A stretch of 64,000 nt of DNA from Acidobacteriota bacterium (lineage in GTDB: Bacteria; Acidobacteriota; UBA6911; RPQK01; JAJDTT01). Where the stretch lies: NCBI GenBank assembly GCA_965209055.1, contig OZ242374.1, positions 5,152,001-5,216,000 of the forward strand, read 5' to 3'. This document shows, piece after piece, positions 1-10,645 of the stretch. The position numbers and the translations under genes were made by a program. The notes below the pieces were generated by a model that was not told the DNA's origin, searched no databases, and worked only from the letters and a program-made list of their open reading frames with translations. The first letter of the stretch is position 1, and each line of letters opens with the position of its first letter.

Positions 1-201
1 CTTCCCGGGCGCGTCGGGACGGTAGATGTCGGCGGAGAGATTGATCCCGTCCCTCATGGGAACCTTCACGTTGATTTTGACTCTGACCTCGAACTGTGCG
101 GGGCCGGGTTCCCAATCTGGCTGGGCCATGGCTGCGAACACGGATAGGAACAGGGTCAAAGCCGGAACGATCAGAATTCGCGTGGTCACGCTTCGAAACA
201 T
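1..201 (-). CDS. CocE/NonD family hydrolase, 5' part (runs off the window edge)
   Basis: Manual translation MFRSVTTRILIVPALTLFLSVFAAMAQ...KVPMRDGINLSADIYRPDAPGK: signal peptide plus the PMRDG-L-AD-YRP motif, paralogous to 3452..5260; GGAGA RBS upstream. Confidence 0.85.
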   Translation of the reverse strand, partial: MFRSVTTRILIVPALTLFLSVFAAMAQPDWEPGPAQFEVRVKINVKVPMRDGINLSADIYRPDAPGK

Positions 202-356
202 GATCTCTCCAGAAACTGAAGGAGCGGTCTGGCGAATGAGGGCAGGATAGCCCATGTGATCACCGGGAGGCGAATCGGGAACAAGACGAACGTTCTTGTC
301 CCGCAGTCTTCTCCCCCGCTGTTTTCGGCTCTCCCGGCAAACCGCGAAAAAGAAGA

Positions 357-460
357 GGGGGACACAGAGACTGTCCCGTGTATCCCCTGTATCCAGACTG
401 TCCCCTGTTCACGGCCGGACTGTTCGCCTGTATCCAGACTGTCCCCTGTATCCGTCCCGG
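357..460 (+). repeat. Cluster of GGGGACA..TGTCCC / AGACTGTCCCCTGTATCC repeats (RAYT-associated REP-like)
   Basis: Several copies of AGACTGTCCC and CCTGTATCC; same core as at 693-751 and at the RAYT flanks. Confidence 0.85.
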
Positions 461-1592
461 TTCCAGGGATCTGAATCAGGGGAGGTCCCAGGAGGCGATC
501 AAGCAGTTCAAGACGGCGATCACCCTCGATCCCCGGTCAGCCGGCGCCCACCTGATGCTCGGTTACGCTTACCGTCTCCTGGGGTCCTACCGCATGATCG
601 GCGAAGCCAAGGGCGAGTTCAGGCAGGCACTTTCCCTCGATCCCGGGAATACCAGCGCGCGGTTCCACCTGGCCCGCGTCTATCTCGATCTGCGTACGGG
701 GACACAGAGACTGTCCCCTGTATCCTGTGTATCCGTCCCCTGTATCCTGTTCCGTCTCCTGGGGTCCTACCGCATGATCGGCGAAGCGAAGGGCGAGTTC
801 AGGCAGGCACTTTCCCTCGATCCTGGGAATACCAGCGCGCGGTTCCACCTGGCCCGCGTCTATCTCGATCTGGGCCGGATCCGCAAGGCCCGGGAAACGC
901 TGGAGGAGCGCCTCGAGATCACTGAGAAGACGCCGGAACTGCTCTCTCTCCTGGGCGAGGTGAATCGCCAGTCGGGCGATCCCCGGCTTTCGATCCGGCA
1001 GAACGAGTCGGCCGCTATTCTGGACCCGGACTTGGCTCAAGCCCACTACTACCTGGGCCTGGCGCACCTGGATAAGGGAGACACGGAAGAGGCGCTCAGC
1101 CGGCTGGAACGCGCCATCGCAGCGAAGGGGGCCACCTCCGACATGGTCCGCAAGGCCGGTTCCGTCTACCTGCAGGAGGGCGCGCTGCAGAAGGCGGTCG
1201 ATCTGCTCCGGAAGGCCGTGGAAATCAGTCCGGCGGTGCCGGAAGGCCGTTTGGAATTGGCACGCGCTCTTCGCGTTACGGGTCAACCCGACTCGGCCCT
1301 CGCGGAATTGGATGCGGCCCTCTCCCACGCCGGCGGATTCTCGGCTTCCGGCAAGTACTTGGGGTTCGAGTTGGACGTCTACCTGGAACAGGGCCGGGCG
1401 TTTGACGCCAAGAGCTCACCGGAGGAGGCGATCCGTTCCTATCTGCGAGTCGTGGAACTCGACCCCGGACATGGAGAGGCTCACCACCGGCTGGCCCGGT
1501 TGTTCGCTTTGACCGGTGATCCGGCCAAGTCGCGGAAACATGCCTCCCGAGCCGGCAAGGCAGGGTACTCGGAGCCGGCCGTCGGGCGTTGA
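378..1592 (+). pseudogene. TPR-repeat protein; N-terminus replaced by repeats, in-frame internal duplication plus insertion
   Basis: TPR consensus helices (AHYYLGLAHL, ARFHLARVYL); first ~28 codons derive from repeat DNA; 572-692 duplicated at 752-872. Confidence 0.7.
572..872 (+). repeat. 121-bp direct duplication (572-692 / 752-872) around a 59-bp repeat insert (693-751)
   Basis: Direct alignment shows two mismatches (GCC/GCG, CCC/CCT); the insert contains the hairpin GGGGACA-CAGAGAC-TGTCCCC. Confidence 0.92.
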
Positions 1593-1594
1593 GA

Positions 1595-3249
1595 TTACGG
1601 CTCGGTGACTTTCAGGATCTGATTGGCAGATACATTCGATAGAACCTGCTGGCTGCCGCTCGGCCAGCGCACCTCGACGTTCTTGACTTCCCGTTGCCGG
1701 CCCAGGCCGAAATAGACCCGGAGTTCGTTGGCGCTCAGGTAACTCGCCACGTTGTTGACCTGTCCCACCTGAGTTCCCTGCTCCGTCCGGACCCGCACGG
1801 CGGCGCCCAGGCCGAAGGCGTTGCTCTGCCGGCCGCGGGCCTGAATCGCGATCCAGTTGTTGCGGTTTCCACCCTCGTTTCTCATCAGGACCGCATGCCC
1901 GCCCGAGTTGGACAATGCGATGTCCAGGTCGCCGTCACTGTCATAGTCGGCAACTGCCGCTCCCCGCCCGACAGCCGGAATTCCGAATGGAGCCCCGCTC
2001 TTGGCCGACACGTCGAGGAAGCCTGTGCCCTGGTTCTCGAAGAGGAGGTCCGTCTGAGCGTAGGTGAGGTTGGCGAAATAGAGATGAACGTTGTTTTCAA
2101 TGTGTCCGTTGGCGACGTAGATATCCACGTCGCCGTCATTGTCATAGTCGAAGAGTTTGGCTCCGAATCCCAGGGGAAGAAGTCCGGATCCCAAACCCAT
2201 CCTCTCCGACACCTCCTGAAAGAGGAGGTTCGGGCCGTTCCGGTAAAGCGCATTGAGTTCGTACGCGAAATTGGTGACCAGGATGTCCGGACGACCATCG
2301 TTGCCCCAATCGGCGGCGTCCACACCCATTCCCGCCTGAGGCTCGCCGTTGGCGTCGAAGCCGACCGCGGCCGCGTAAGTGACGTCGGAGAAGGTTCCGT
2401 CCCGGTTGTTGCGATACAGGAAGTCCCGAATCGTATCGTTGGCGACGTAGATGTCCGGGTACCCGTCGCCGTCGAAGTCGGAAAAGGTCAATCCCAAGCC
2501 CTTGCCGGCCGGATTGGCGATCCCCGCGGAATTCGAAACATCGGTAAAGGAACCGTCCCCATTGTTCCGGTAGAGCTGATCCGCCGCACCCTCGAGCATG
2601 CGGATGTCGCAGTAGAGGCGGTACCCCTCCTTGGGTAGTCCACAGTAGGGATTGTCTGCCGGATCGTAGTCCAGGTAGTTGACGACATAGAGGTCCAGGT
2701 CGCCATCAAGATCGAAGTCGAAAAACCCGGCGCTGCTCCCCCACTGCCGGCTGTCCACACCGGCCTTGCCAGCTACGTCATCGAAGGTGCCGTCCCCGCT
2801 GTTGCGAAAGAGCTGATTGGCACCATAACAGGTCACGTAGAGTCCAATCGGCCGTCGTTGTCGTATTCTCCCACCGCCACGCCCATCCCGTAGGATCCGT
2901 TGCCCGCGACTCCAGCCTTCCGGGTGACGTTTTCGAAGCTCCCGCGGCCCCCGTTTCGAAAAAGCGCATTTCCGGGAGAGGGTTTCTCCTCGGACATCCT
3001 GAAACCGTTCACGAGGTAAAGATCCAGATGCCCGTCATTGTCGTAGTCGATCCAGGCCAGTCCGGACCCAACGGTCTCGACGATCAGTTTCTCTCTCGAA
3101 AGACCACTCTCGTGCAGAAAGTCGATCCCGGCCGCCCGGGTGACGTCGGGAAACACCACGCGGTCGCCCGGCGGCCGTTGTGCGGAGAGCTGGCCCCAGA
3201 GGAGAACCATTGCGACTGCAATCATTGCGATAGACAGGAGCTCCCCCAC
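1595..3249 (-). pseudogene. CRTAC1 / ASPIC-UnbV family FG-GAP repeat protein, frameshifted near 2842
   Basis: Two ORFs (2833..3249 and 1595..2836) with DxDxDGxxDL repeats and C-terminal ASPIC (FGLG...EVRWPSG); GAC-TC-TAC-GTG lacks one base of the expected DLYV. Confidence 0.85.
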
Positions 3250-3306
3250 CGGCCCGTGCCCGGCGAACTCCGGTGTGACAGCTTGACGACGAAGACCGGG
3301 CGATAA

Positions 3307-3339
3307 GAAGTCCCCCCTCCTCGCAGGAGGGGGGACTTC
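3307..3339. repeat. Perfect 15-bp inverted repeat (REP-like hairpin or terminator)
   Basis: GAAGTCCCCCCTCCT-CGC-AGGAGGGGGGACTTC downstream of the CocE gene; shares AGGAGGGGGGACT with 46369-46381. Confidence 0.7.
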
Positions 3340-3451
3340 CCTGCCCCCCTCTCCCTTGTTTCGTTGGATGCAGCAGGACGTGCGTGCCCTGTTGCCGGGA
3401 GTTCGGAGAACCCTTGCTCGATTTGCGCGATCGGACGGTTTCTCTACGGAA

Positions 3452-5260
3452 TTACCGGGGAATCACCGGCAGAATCACATGCGAGGGATACATCTCGTTG
3501 TGATAGATCGTCTGCGTGGCGACCTTCATCTCCGAGGTCATGCCGAACTCGGCTCCGGTGTTCAGATTGCGGGCCCAGCGGGGGAAATTGCTGCTGCTGA
3601 TTTCCAGCCGAATCTTGCTCCCCGGCTGGAACTCCCAGCTCGTCTCCCAGATATGGATCGTGTACTCGTAGATCTTGCCCGGCTCGATATGGGTTGGATT
3701 CTCCAGAGAGTCGCGGAAGCTGGCTCGAACGATCCCTTCGCTGATATGGACGGACCGGCCGTCGGGCAGGACCTCGGTCAGAACCGCCGTGAAATCGGTG
3801 TCGACGGCGCTCGACGCGGCATGCAGCTTGACCTCGACGGGCCCGGTGACCTCCAGCGGTTCGGACAGCTCGTCGGAGGTATAGATCAGGACGTCCTGCC
3901 GCCTCTGGACCACCAGCCGGTTCTGCGGGCCTCTCTGGTTGGCCGGAAACTCGGTCTGCCCGCCAACGGTCTCCACCGGATTGGCGGGATCGTAATCGAA
4001 TGTATCCTGAGGGGAATCCGCCGCAGGCTCGGACGTGCCCAGCGTCCCGTCGCCGTAGAGTGAATTGGCCGATCCGCCGCTGCCCAGGTAGTACTTGGTC
4101 CACTGGGTGCGGGCCAGCGGCCATTCCCACTCGTCCCGCCACTTGTTGGCGCGCATCACGAAAATCCGGAGCGGCGCTTCGGTGTCCACACCGGTGTTCA
4201 TTCCCTTGAGCCAGTGGTCGTACCACCGGACGTGTTCATCCAGAATGTCGACGTAGATGTCGGGACCGAAGTCCAGGATCGACGTCTCCATCCGCCTGTT
4301 GACGCCGTGATCCCAGGGCCCCACCAGGAGCTTGGTCCCCTCCCGGGCCGCCTTGGAACCGCCCTCCTTCCGGAACCCGTTGAAGTTGCGGAAGTTCTCG
4401 CGCACCAGGTTGTCGTACCAACCGGTGATGAAATAGGCGGGCGCCTTGATCTGCCCGTATTTCTCTTTGACCCCGTAGCTCTTCCAATAGTCGTCGTAGG
4501 TGGGATGCTTGATCCAGGTCCTGAACCAGGGCAGATCCGCGATGTCGTCCAAGGCGGTGATCAGGGGAAGACGCCAGAAGAACTTGTTCCAGTCGAGAAT
4601 GGGATTCTCGGTGATTCCGGGGCCGTGCAGAAACTGCATGGTGTGGCCCGCCCAGAAGAAACCGGCCACGAAGGTGACGTTGAGTTGCATGACGCCGTCG
4701 TTGTAGAGGTGGCCGAAGTTGGACTGCTGGCAAACCGACGGGACCATGCACTTGAGGTATTTGCTGCCGTAGACCGACGGCATGACCTGGGTGAACCCCG
4801 GATAGGAATACCCGAAGGTCCCCAGATTACCGTCGCACCATTCCTGCTGGCCGATCCACTCGTGGGTATCGAACCCGTCCTTGGGATCGTTCACGTAAGG
4901 ATCCCATTCCCCTCCGGAATCGTGACGGCCCCTCAGATCCACCAGCACGACCGCATATCCGCGCTTGGCGAAGTAGAGGGCGTGCTCCATGTCGTTGCCG
5001 CCTCTCATGTTGTTGTACGGCGTCATCAGGAGCACGGCGGGAAACTTGCCCGGAGCGTCGGGACGGTAGACGTCCGCCGAGAGATGGACGCCGTCCCGCA
5101 TGGGAACCGGATTGTGAATCTTGAACTTCACCTGGTACTGAGGTTTCGACCGCTCGTTTTGACCCACTGCGAGCACCATGGTTGCGCCCAGAAGAATGGG
5201 CAGGACCAACAGGACCGGCCGAAAGCTCCCGGAAAGCATATTTTCAACTTCAGAAAGCAT
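3452..5260 (-). CDS. CocE/NonD family serine hydrolase (Xaa-Pro dipeptidyl-peptidase-like), secreted
   Basis: PMRDGVHLSADVYRP, nucleophile GYSYPG, GWYD, GPWDH, C-terminal ISSSNFPR. Confidence 0.93.
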   Translation of the reverse strand: MLSEVENMLSGSFRPVLLVLPILLGATMVLAVGQNERSKPQYQVKFKIHNPVPMRDGVHLSADVYRPDAPGKFPAVLLMTPYNNMRGGNDMEHALYFAKRGYAVVLVDLRGRHDSGGEWDPYVNDPKDGFDTHEWIGQQEWCDGNLGTFGYSYPGFTQVMPSVYGSKYLKCMVPSVCQQSNFGHLYNDGVMQLNVTFVAGFFWAGHTMQFLHGPGITENPILDWNKFFWRLPLITALDDIADLPWFRTWIKHPTYDDYWKSYGVKEKYGQIKAPAYFITGWYDNLVRENFRNFNGFRKEGGSKAAREGTKLLVGPWDHGVNRRMETSILDFGPDIYVDILDEHVRWYDHWLKGMNTGVDTEAPLRIFVMRANKWRDEWEWPLARTQWTKYYLGSGGSANSLYGDGTLGTSEPAADSPQDTFDYDPANPVETVGGQTEFPANQRGPQNRLVVQRRQDVLIYTSDELSEPLEVTGPVEVKLHAASSAVDTDFTAVLTEVLPDGRSVHISEGIVRASFRDSLENPTHIEPGKIYEYTIHIWETSWEFQPGSKIRLEISSSNFPRWARNLNTGAEFGMTSEMKVATQTIYHNEMYPSHVILPVIPR

Positions 5261-5340
5261 AGCTTCAACTTCTCCTTGGATTCGGAACCCGTTAAGGCCG
5301 ACTTGGCGACAGTTCTCTTTTCCGGGGCGTCCACCGGTTG

Positions 5341-7896
5341 CTAGAAATCGATATCCAGGCCGAATTGCAGATGCCGCGAATTGCCGGCGTTGCCCATCGT
5401 TGCAAAGGCTCCCCCGGTGAACAGAGTATTGGGGAGATCGAAATTCGTGTGGTTCGTGATGTTGAAGAAATCAACTCGAAATTCGACCCGGGCCCTTTCC
5501 TGCGCCACGTGCCATGACTTCCAGATCGAGAAGTCGACCGTGGTCCAACCGGGACCGTCAATGACCTTTCGTCCGGCGTTTCCAAAACGGTAGACGCCCG
5601 TATCCGCCGGATTCGGCACCCGCGTAAATGCCCTGGTGTTGAACCACTGCTGGGCGTTGCGCGGCGCCCCGCTGTTGGGGTTCCCGGTGAGATCGGGCCG
5701 ATTGGCTCTGCCCGAGTTGTCGGGGTCGAAGGGGCTGGCGACATCCACCGCCCCCGACGAGGAAAAGGTCCCGATGCTGCTGATGTTCCAATCACCCAGG
5801 ATGGCTCCCGCGAGTCCGTGGCCGGACCCTCGCATGATGGGGATCTGATAGACGAAATTGTAGACGAACCGCTGCCGGTAATCGGAAGAGCTGCGTCCCC
5901 ATTCGGCGGAACAGTCGAAGGGATTCCTCTTCACGCTGTCGCCCAAATCGGCGAACAGGTTGTTGCCGCCGCAGTCGAGCCACTTGGAATAGACGTAGAA
6001 AATGTTGCCCAGGAAACCGTTGCTGAACCCCTGCTTCAGATTGACTCTCATGCCGTGGTAGGAGGAGTTGGCGGTGGGCTGCCTCCAGCCGACCGTTGCC
6101 CAGTTCTGATAGGGCCTTCGAGCCACGCGGCTGCCGGGGCCCGGAGGGGCCTGGTTCAGATTGCCGTCCCGGATCAGCTTGGTGCCCTTGTTTCCGATGT
6201 AACCAAGCTCGAAGACGGCCGTCTGGGAGAGCGCCTGCTCCACGGTGACGTTGTACTGCTGGTTGTAACCATGGGCCCAATCCGCCTGAAATCCCTGCCC
6301 CGTCGACGACGGAATTCCGGAGCCCTCGGGGAAGGGCCGGTCGATGGTGAATACGGGAACACCCGACTCGTCCAACTGATTCACGAAGGTCTGCTGATTC
6401 ACGAAGGGCTTGTTGAAGCGGACCCGCTGCATGTAGAAGGTGTCGAAAGGCGTGTAGAAAATGCCGTAGCTGGCGCGAATGACTGTCGCGTTCCCGCCGA
6501 AGGGACGAAGGGCCAGCCCGACCCTGGGGGCCCAGTTGTTCAGGTCGCGCGCCTGCAGCAGCCTCCCATGGGGCCAGCTCGCGTCGGAGATCAAGGGATC
6601 GAGCATCCGCTCGGCCACGCCGTATGCGTCCGGCAATGCGTAGTGGGAGGCGTCGGTCGGCCGGGGAGAGCCGAGCATCAGATCCGCCATGGAGTAACCG
6701 GTGTAGAAGGGACCGAAGATGAAGTACCCGTTGGGGATCGGTTGGGATCCCCCGTTCTGCTCTCTCTCCCGCCACTCGCCGCCGAATCCGAGGGCGTGGG
6801 AACCCACGTTCCACGAAATCGTGTCTCCGGCGAGATAGGTGTTGTCCACCCGGTTGTTGGGCGCGTTCAGGAGGGTGCCGGTCCGGGTGAACCCGGACGC
6901 GGCAACCCACGGATTGTACTGAAACAGGGTCGACGTCCCTTCGATTCCCAGGAGCTTCGAAACCGGCGTGCCGTAGATCTCATCCTCCAGCGTCTGCGTC
7001 ATGCGGTTCACGCCCAGTTTCAGCTCATTGACCGCCGACGCTCCCATGACCTTGGTCCAACCGACTCGCGCGTTGTGGGCGGGAGTGGCGAAGATGTCGT
7101 TGTAGTCGGGGAGCTGGTGCAGGAACTTGTTGTAGCGAAGGACGCGGTCCTGCTTGTCGTAGATGTAACGGACGTAGACGTTGTCGGAGTCCGTGACGCT
7201 GTGGTCCACACGGAAGACGAACTGGTCGAACACCTGCTCCTGCACGCGGCTGGGCAGGATGTTGTTGGCGAGTCCGGGACGATCGGGCACGGGCCAAAAC
7301 GGCATGACCTCACCCACGCCGAACATCATGTTGCGCGCCACCGGATGGATCCGGTTCTCGGGGATGATGTTGCCCGGGAAGGGATCGCCGGTGAGCGGAT
7401 CCCTGATCACCGTTCCGGGAAGTATCTCGGAGAAGTCCCCGTTTCTCATCTTCATGGTGGGAACGCTGGCCGGACGGGTGAGGGACTTGTTCTCCCGGGT
7501 CCCCTGGTCGTTGAAGAAAAAGAAGGTCTTGTCGTGGACGATGGGCCCCCCGATGGAGGCGCCGAAGATGTTGAACTGCAGGATGGGAACTTCGGACAGG
7601 CCCTCCCGGACCCGGCTTTCCCGGGACGGATCGAAGAAATTCCGCGCGTTCACCGCCGAGTTGCGGTGATCCCAGAAGACGTTACCGTGGATTTCACTGG
7701 TCCCGGACTTGGTCACCATGTTGACCTGGATGCCGCTGTTCATGCCGAACTCCGCCGAGTGGGAGTTCATCTGAGACTTCATCTCCCGGGTGGCGTTGCC
7801 GCTCAGCCGGATGTCGATCCGGGAATAGGCCGTGTCCATGTTGGTGATCACGACTTCCACGCCCGGAAGCACGCCTCCCGTTTCGTCGGTCACCAT
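5341..7896 (-). pseudogene. Oar-like TonB-dependent receptor with 5' truncation and internal deletions
   Basis: No signal peptide; VTDETGGVLPGVEV joins almost directly to the late plug (SAEFG...NMVTKSGT); barrel motifs NNWAPRVG and RHLQFGLDIDF; much shorter than the paralog at 13999..17193. Confidence 0.75.
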
Positions 7897-7963
7897 TGCG
7901 CGAGACCTGGCTGGCCATCTCCGTGGCAGCCTTCAGCCCGGGGGTGCTAGACTATTCGCGATT

Positions 7964-8037
7964 GCGCCTGTAGCTCAGAAGGACAGAGCAAGGGGTTCCT
8001 AACCCCTGAGCCGCAGGTTCGAGTCCTGCCAGGCGCA
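7964..8037 (+). tRNA. tRNA-Arg(CCT)
   Basis: Acceptor stem GCGCCTG/CAGGCGC, D arm GCTC/GAGC, anticodon arm AGGGG-TTCCTAA-CCCCT, T loop GTTCGAG; CCA not encoded. Confidence 0.95.
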
Positions 8038-8080
8038 AAAACTTCGACTCAGGGACTGAATACCGCAGGAGGGTTGTTCT

Positions 8081-8860
8081 GTGGCTCGCAGGTTGACACG
8101 CAAGGAGATCGTTCAAGAAGACCGGATCTACTCGGTGCTGAGCGGGATTTCTCAATGGGCGGTGGTCAACCGGACTCCATTGGTGGTGGGGTCCGGAATC
8201 GTCGTGGCGAGCCTGCTGGGATTCTACGTCTGGCAGGGTTACCAGGATAGCGCCAACCAGGAAGCCCAGAAGCTGTTCGCCGAGGCCCTGGACACGTACC
8301 ACGCCCCGGTCAAGGAACTGGCTCCCGATCCCGATACCGACAGTGAAAACCAGAATCAGCCGCCTGAGCCGCCGCCGGAATACCGTTTCGACACCGTTGC
8401 GGAACGGCGGGAAGCTGCCGAAGTGGCGTTCGAGAGAATATCAGACGACTTTTCCGGCACTCGTCTCGGATTCTTCTCCCGTTATTACCTGGGCCTCATC
8501 GGACGCCAGAAGGAAGACGCCGGGGCAGCGCGCCAACACCTGAAATGGGTCGTGGAGAACAGCGGCGACAGCGACGTCAGGAACCTGTCGCGCAACGTCC
8601 TCGCAGACATCGAGCTGGGGGAGGAGAATCACGAAGAGGCCCTGACTTACCTCCAGCAGCTTCTGGGAGATCCCACGCCCCAGGTCCCGGAGCAGACGGT
8701 CCTGATGCGGATCGCCCGGACCCATGAGGCCCTGGGCAATGTCGAGCAGGCTCTGGAGAACTACAGGAAGATCACCAACGACTATCCCACCAGTTCACAG
8801 GCCGAAGAAGCCCAGTCCGAAATCGACCGCCTGGAACCGGCCCCGGTTCCGGAGGCCTGA
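8081..8860 (+). CDS. Membrane-anchored TPR protein (YfgM-like)
   Basis: N-terminal MARRLTRKEI, single TM helix, TPR helices. Confidence 0.8.
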   Translation: MARRLTRKEIVQEDRIYSVLSGISQWAVVNRTPLVVGSGIVVASLLGFYVWQGYQDSANQEAQKLFAEALDTYHAPVKELAPDPDTDSENQNQPPEPPPEYRFDTVAERREAAEVAFERISDDFSGTRLGFFSRYYLGLIGRQKEDAGAARQHLKWVVENSGDSDVRNLSRNVLADIELGEENHEEALTYLQQLLGDPTPQVPEQTVLMRIARTHEALGNVEQALENYRKITNDYPTSSQAEEAQSEIDRLEPAPVPEA

Positions 8861-8897
8861 CCTCCCTGATCCGGGCCCTCCGGAGCACCGCCGGTGA

Positions 8898-9413
8898 TCA
8901 GTATTTGAGCAGGGAGAAGATCTCCACGCCGGGGATCCTGGTTCTTCCCTGCAGAAACTCCAACTCCACGAGAAAGGCCGCGCCGACCAGGTTTCCCTTC
9001 AGGCGGCGGACCAGCTCGACGGCCGCAGCGGCCGTGCCGCCGGTGGCCATCAGATCGTCCACGATGAGGACCCGCTCTCCGGCTTCGATGGCGTCCTCGT
9101 GGACCTCGATGCGATCCTGTCCGTATTCCAGATCGTAGGCGACCTCGATGGTCCTGGCGGGAAGTTTTCCCGGCTTCCTCACCAGGACGAATCCGGCATC
9201 CAAACGAATTGCCATGGCCGGAGCCAGGATGAATCCCCTCGATTCGATCCCCACCACCTTGTCGATCCCGGCGCCGACATAGGGGTCCACCATAAGATCG
9301 ACGGCTTGACGCAGTCCGTCAGCGTCCTTCAACAGAGTCGTCACGTCATAGAAGAGGATTCCCGCTTTGGGAAAGTCGGGGATCTCCCGGATCTTCTTCT
9401 TCAATTCTTCCAC
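8898..9413 (-). CDS. apt: Adenine phosphoribosyltransferase
   Basis: IPDFPKAGILFYD, ESRGF, RKPGKLP, PRPP motif VDDLMATGGT. Confidence 0.97.
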   Translation of the reverse strand: MEELKKKIREIPDFPKAGILFYDVTTLLKDADGLRQAVDLMVDPYVGAGIDKVVGIESRGFILAPAMAIRLDAGFVLVRKPGKLPARTIEVAYDLEYGQDRIEVHEDAIEAGERVLIVDDLMATGGTAAAAVELVRRLKGNLVGAAFLVELEFLQGRTRIPGVEIFSLLKY

Positions 9414-9416
9414 GGC

Positions 9417-9695
9417 TCACCTCTCAATGGAAAAGTTCAAGAAAGGGCCCGGCGAGACCTTGTTCCACTCCAGGCCCAGAACCCGGGCAAAGAACGGCCC
9501 TGTCCGCAGTTGAGCTTCGAACTCCTTCAAGGTGGTGGCCTCGGCCTCGGCGTGGACCTCCACGTCTCCGTCGTCCCGGTTTCGGACCCAACCGGTCACG
9601 CCCAGGCGCTGGGCCGACCGGTATGTGAAATACCGAAAACCCACGCCCTGGACCCGGCCCGTCAATCGATACCGTCGAGCAGCCATGACATTCAT
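9417..9695 (-). CDS. acyP: Acylphosphatase
   Basis: GRVQGVGFR and GWVRNRDDG motifs. Confidence 0.95.
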   Translation of the reverse strand: MNVMAARRYRLTGRVQGVGFRYFTYRSAQRLGVTGWVRNRDDGDVEVHAEAEATTLKEFEAQLRTGPFFARVLGLEWNKVSPGPFLNFSIER

Positions 9696-9759
9696 CCGTA
9701 GTTCGCCCGTGCTTGTGTCGAGCGACCATGAGAAAAGCCTTCGGTAACCAGATTGTGTC

Positions 9760-9836
<77 letters not shown>

Positions 9837-9850
9837 AGGCAGGAGAAAGG

Positions 9851-10516
9851 CTAATAAATAGCATATTTCAAGAGCAGGAATCCACCGATCAGCAGGACCG
9901 TGAAGACCACGGTCAGCCAACTGAAATAGGAATCGATGAACCGCTTGACCCCGGGACCGAAGCGGTAAATCAGGGCGCCGACCAGCAGGAATCGAGCTCC
10001 CCGGCTGACGGCCGAAACCAGTACGAAGGTCGGAAAATCGATTCGGAAAGCCCCCGCCGCGATGGTGAAGACCTTGTACGGAAGCGGGGTGAACCCGGCG
10101 ACGAAGATGGCGACGGCGTCCCATTCCCGGTACAGGGCCTGGACCTCCATGTACGCGCTCTGGGCGCTGTAGACCTCGATGATGGGCCGGCCCACCAACT
10201 CGTAGGAGTACAGGCCGAGAGCGTAGCCCAGCGCGCCCCCCGCCACCGACCCGGCCGTGCAGATGGCCGCGAATCCCAACGCCCTGCCGGGGGCCCCCAA
10301 TGCCAGGGCGATCAGCAGCACGTCGGGAGGAACCGGAAAGAAGGAGGACTCGGCGAATGCGATCAGAAACAGGATGGCGGCGGCATACCGCCGGTCGGCC
10401 AACGAGAGGACCCAATCGTAGAGGCCGCGGATGATGCTCAGCGGCCGGGACACGACCCCGCCCGGCGTGCCACCGGAATCCGAGGAGACATTTACCGGGA
10501 GTTCCTGCTTGCGCAT
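9851..10516 (-). CDS. DedA/YqaA family membrane protein
   Basis: [11 protein letters not shown] and [14 protein letters not shown] motifs. Confidence 0.92.
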   Translation of the reverse strand: MRKQELPVNVSSDSGGTPGGVVSRPLSIIRGLYDWVLSLADRRYAAAILFLIAFAESSFFPVPPDVLLIALALGAPGRALGFAAICTAGSVAGGALGYALGLYSYELVGRPIIEVYSAQSAYMEVQALYREWDAVAIFVAGFTPLPYKVFTIAAGAFRIDFPTFVLVSAVSRGARFLLVGALIYRFGPGVKRFIDSYFSWLTVVFTVLLIGGFLLLKYAIY

Positions 10517-10645
10517 ATCTCACGCCCGTGGAGACGCCACCGAACCGGGTGGATTATACCCGGAACGCGCGGGTACAGTGGGTCCGGGACGGCGGGAAAG
10601 ACCGGAAGCGGCTGGCGGCTGGAGAGTTCGGCGAGGTCACCACCG

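Noticed and set aside
2830-2850. Programmed frameshift in the CRTAC1 gene
   Set aside because: No slippery sequence; a single-base deletion or sequencing error is more likely
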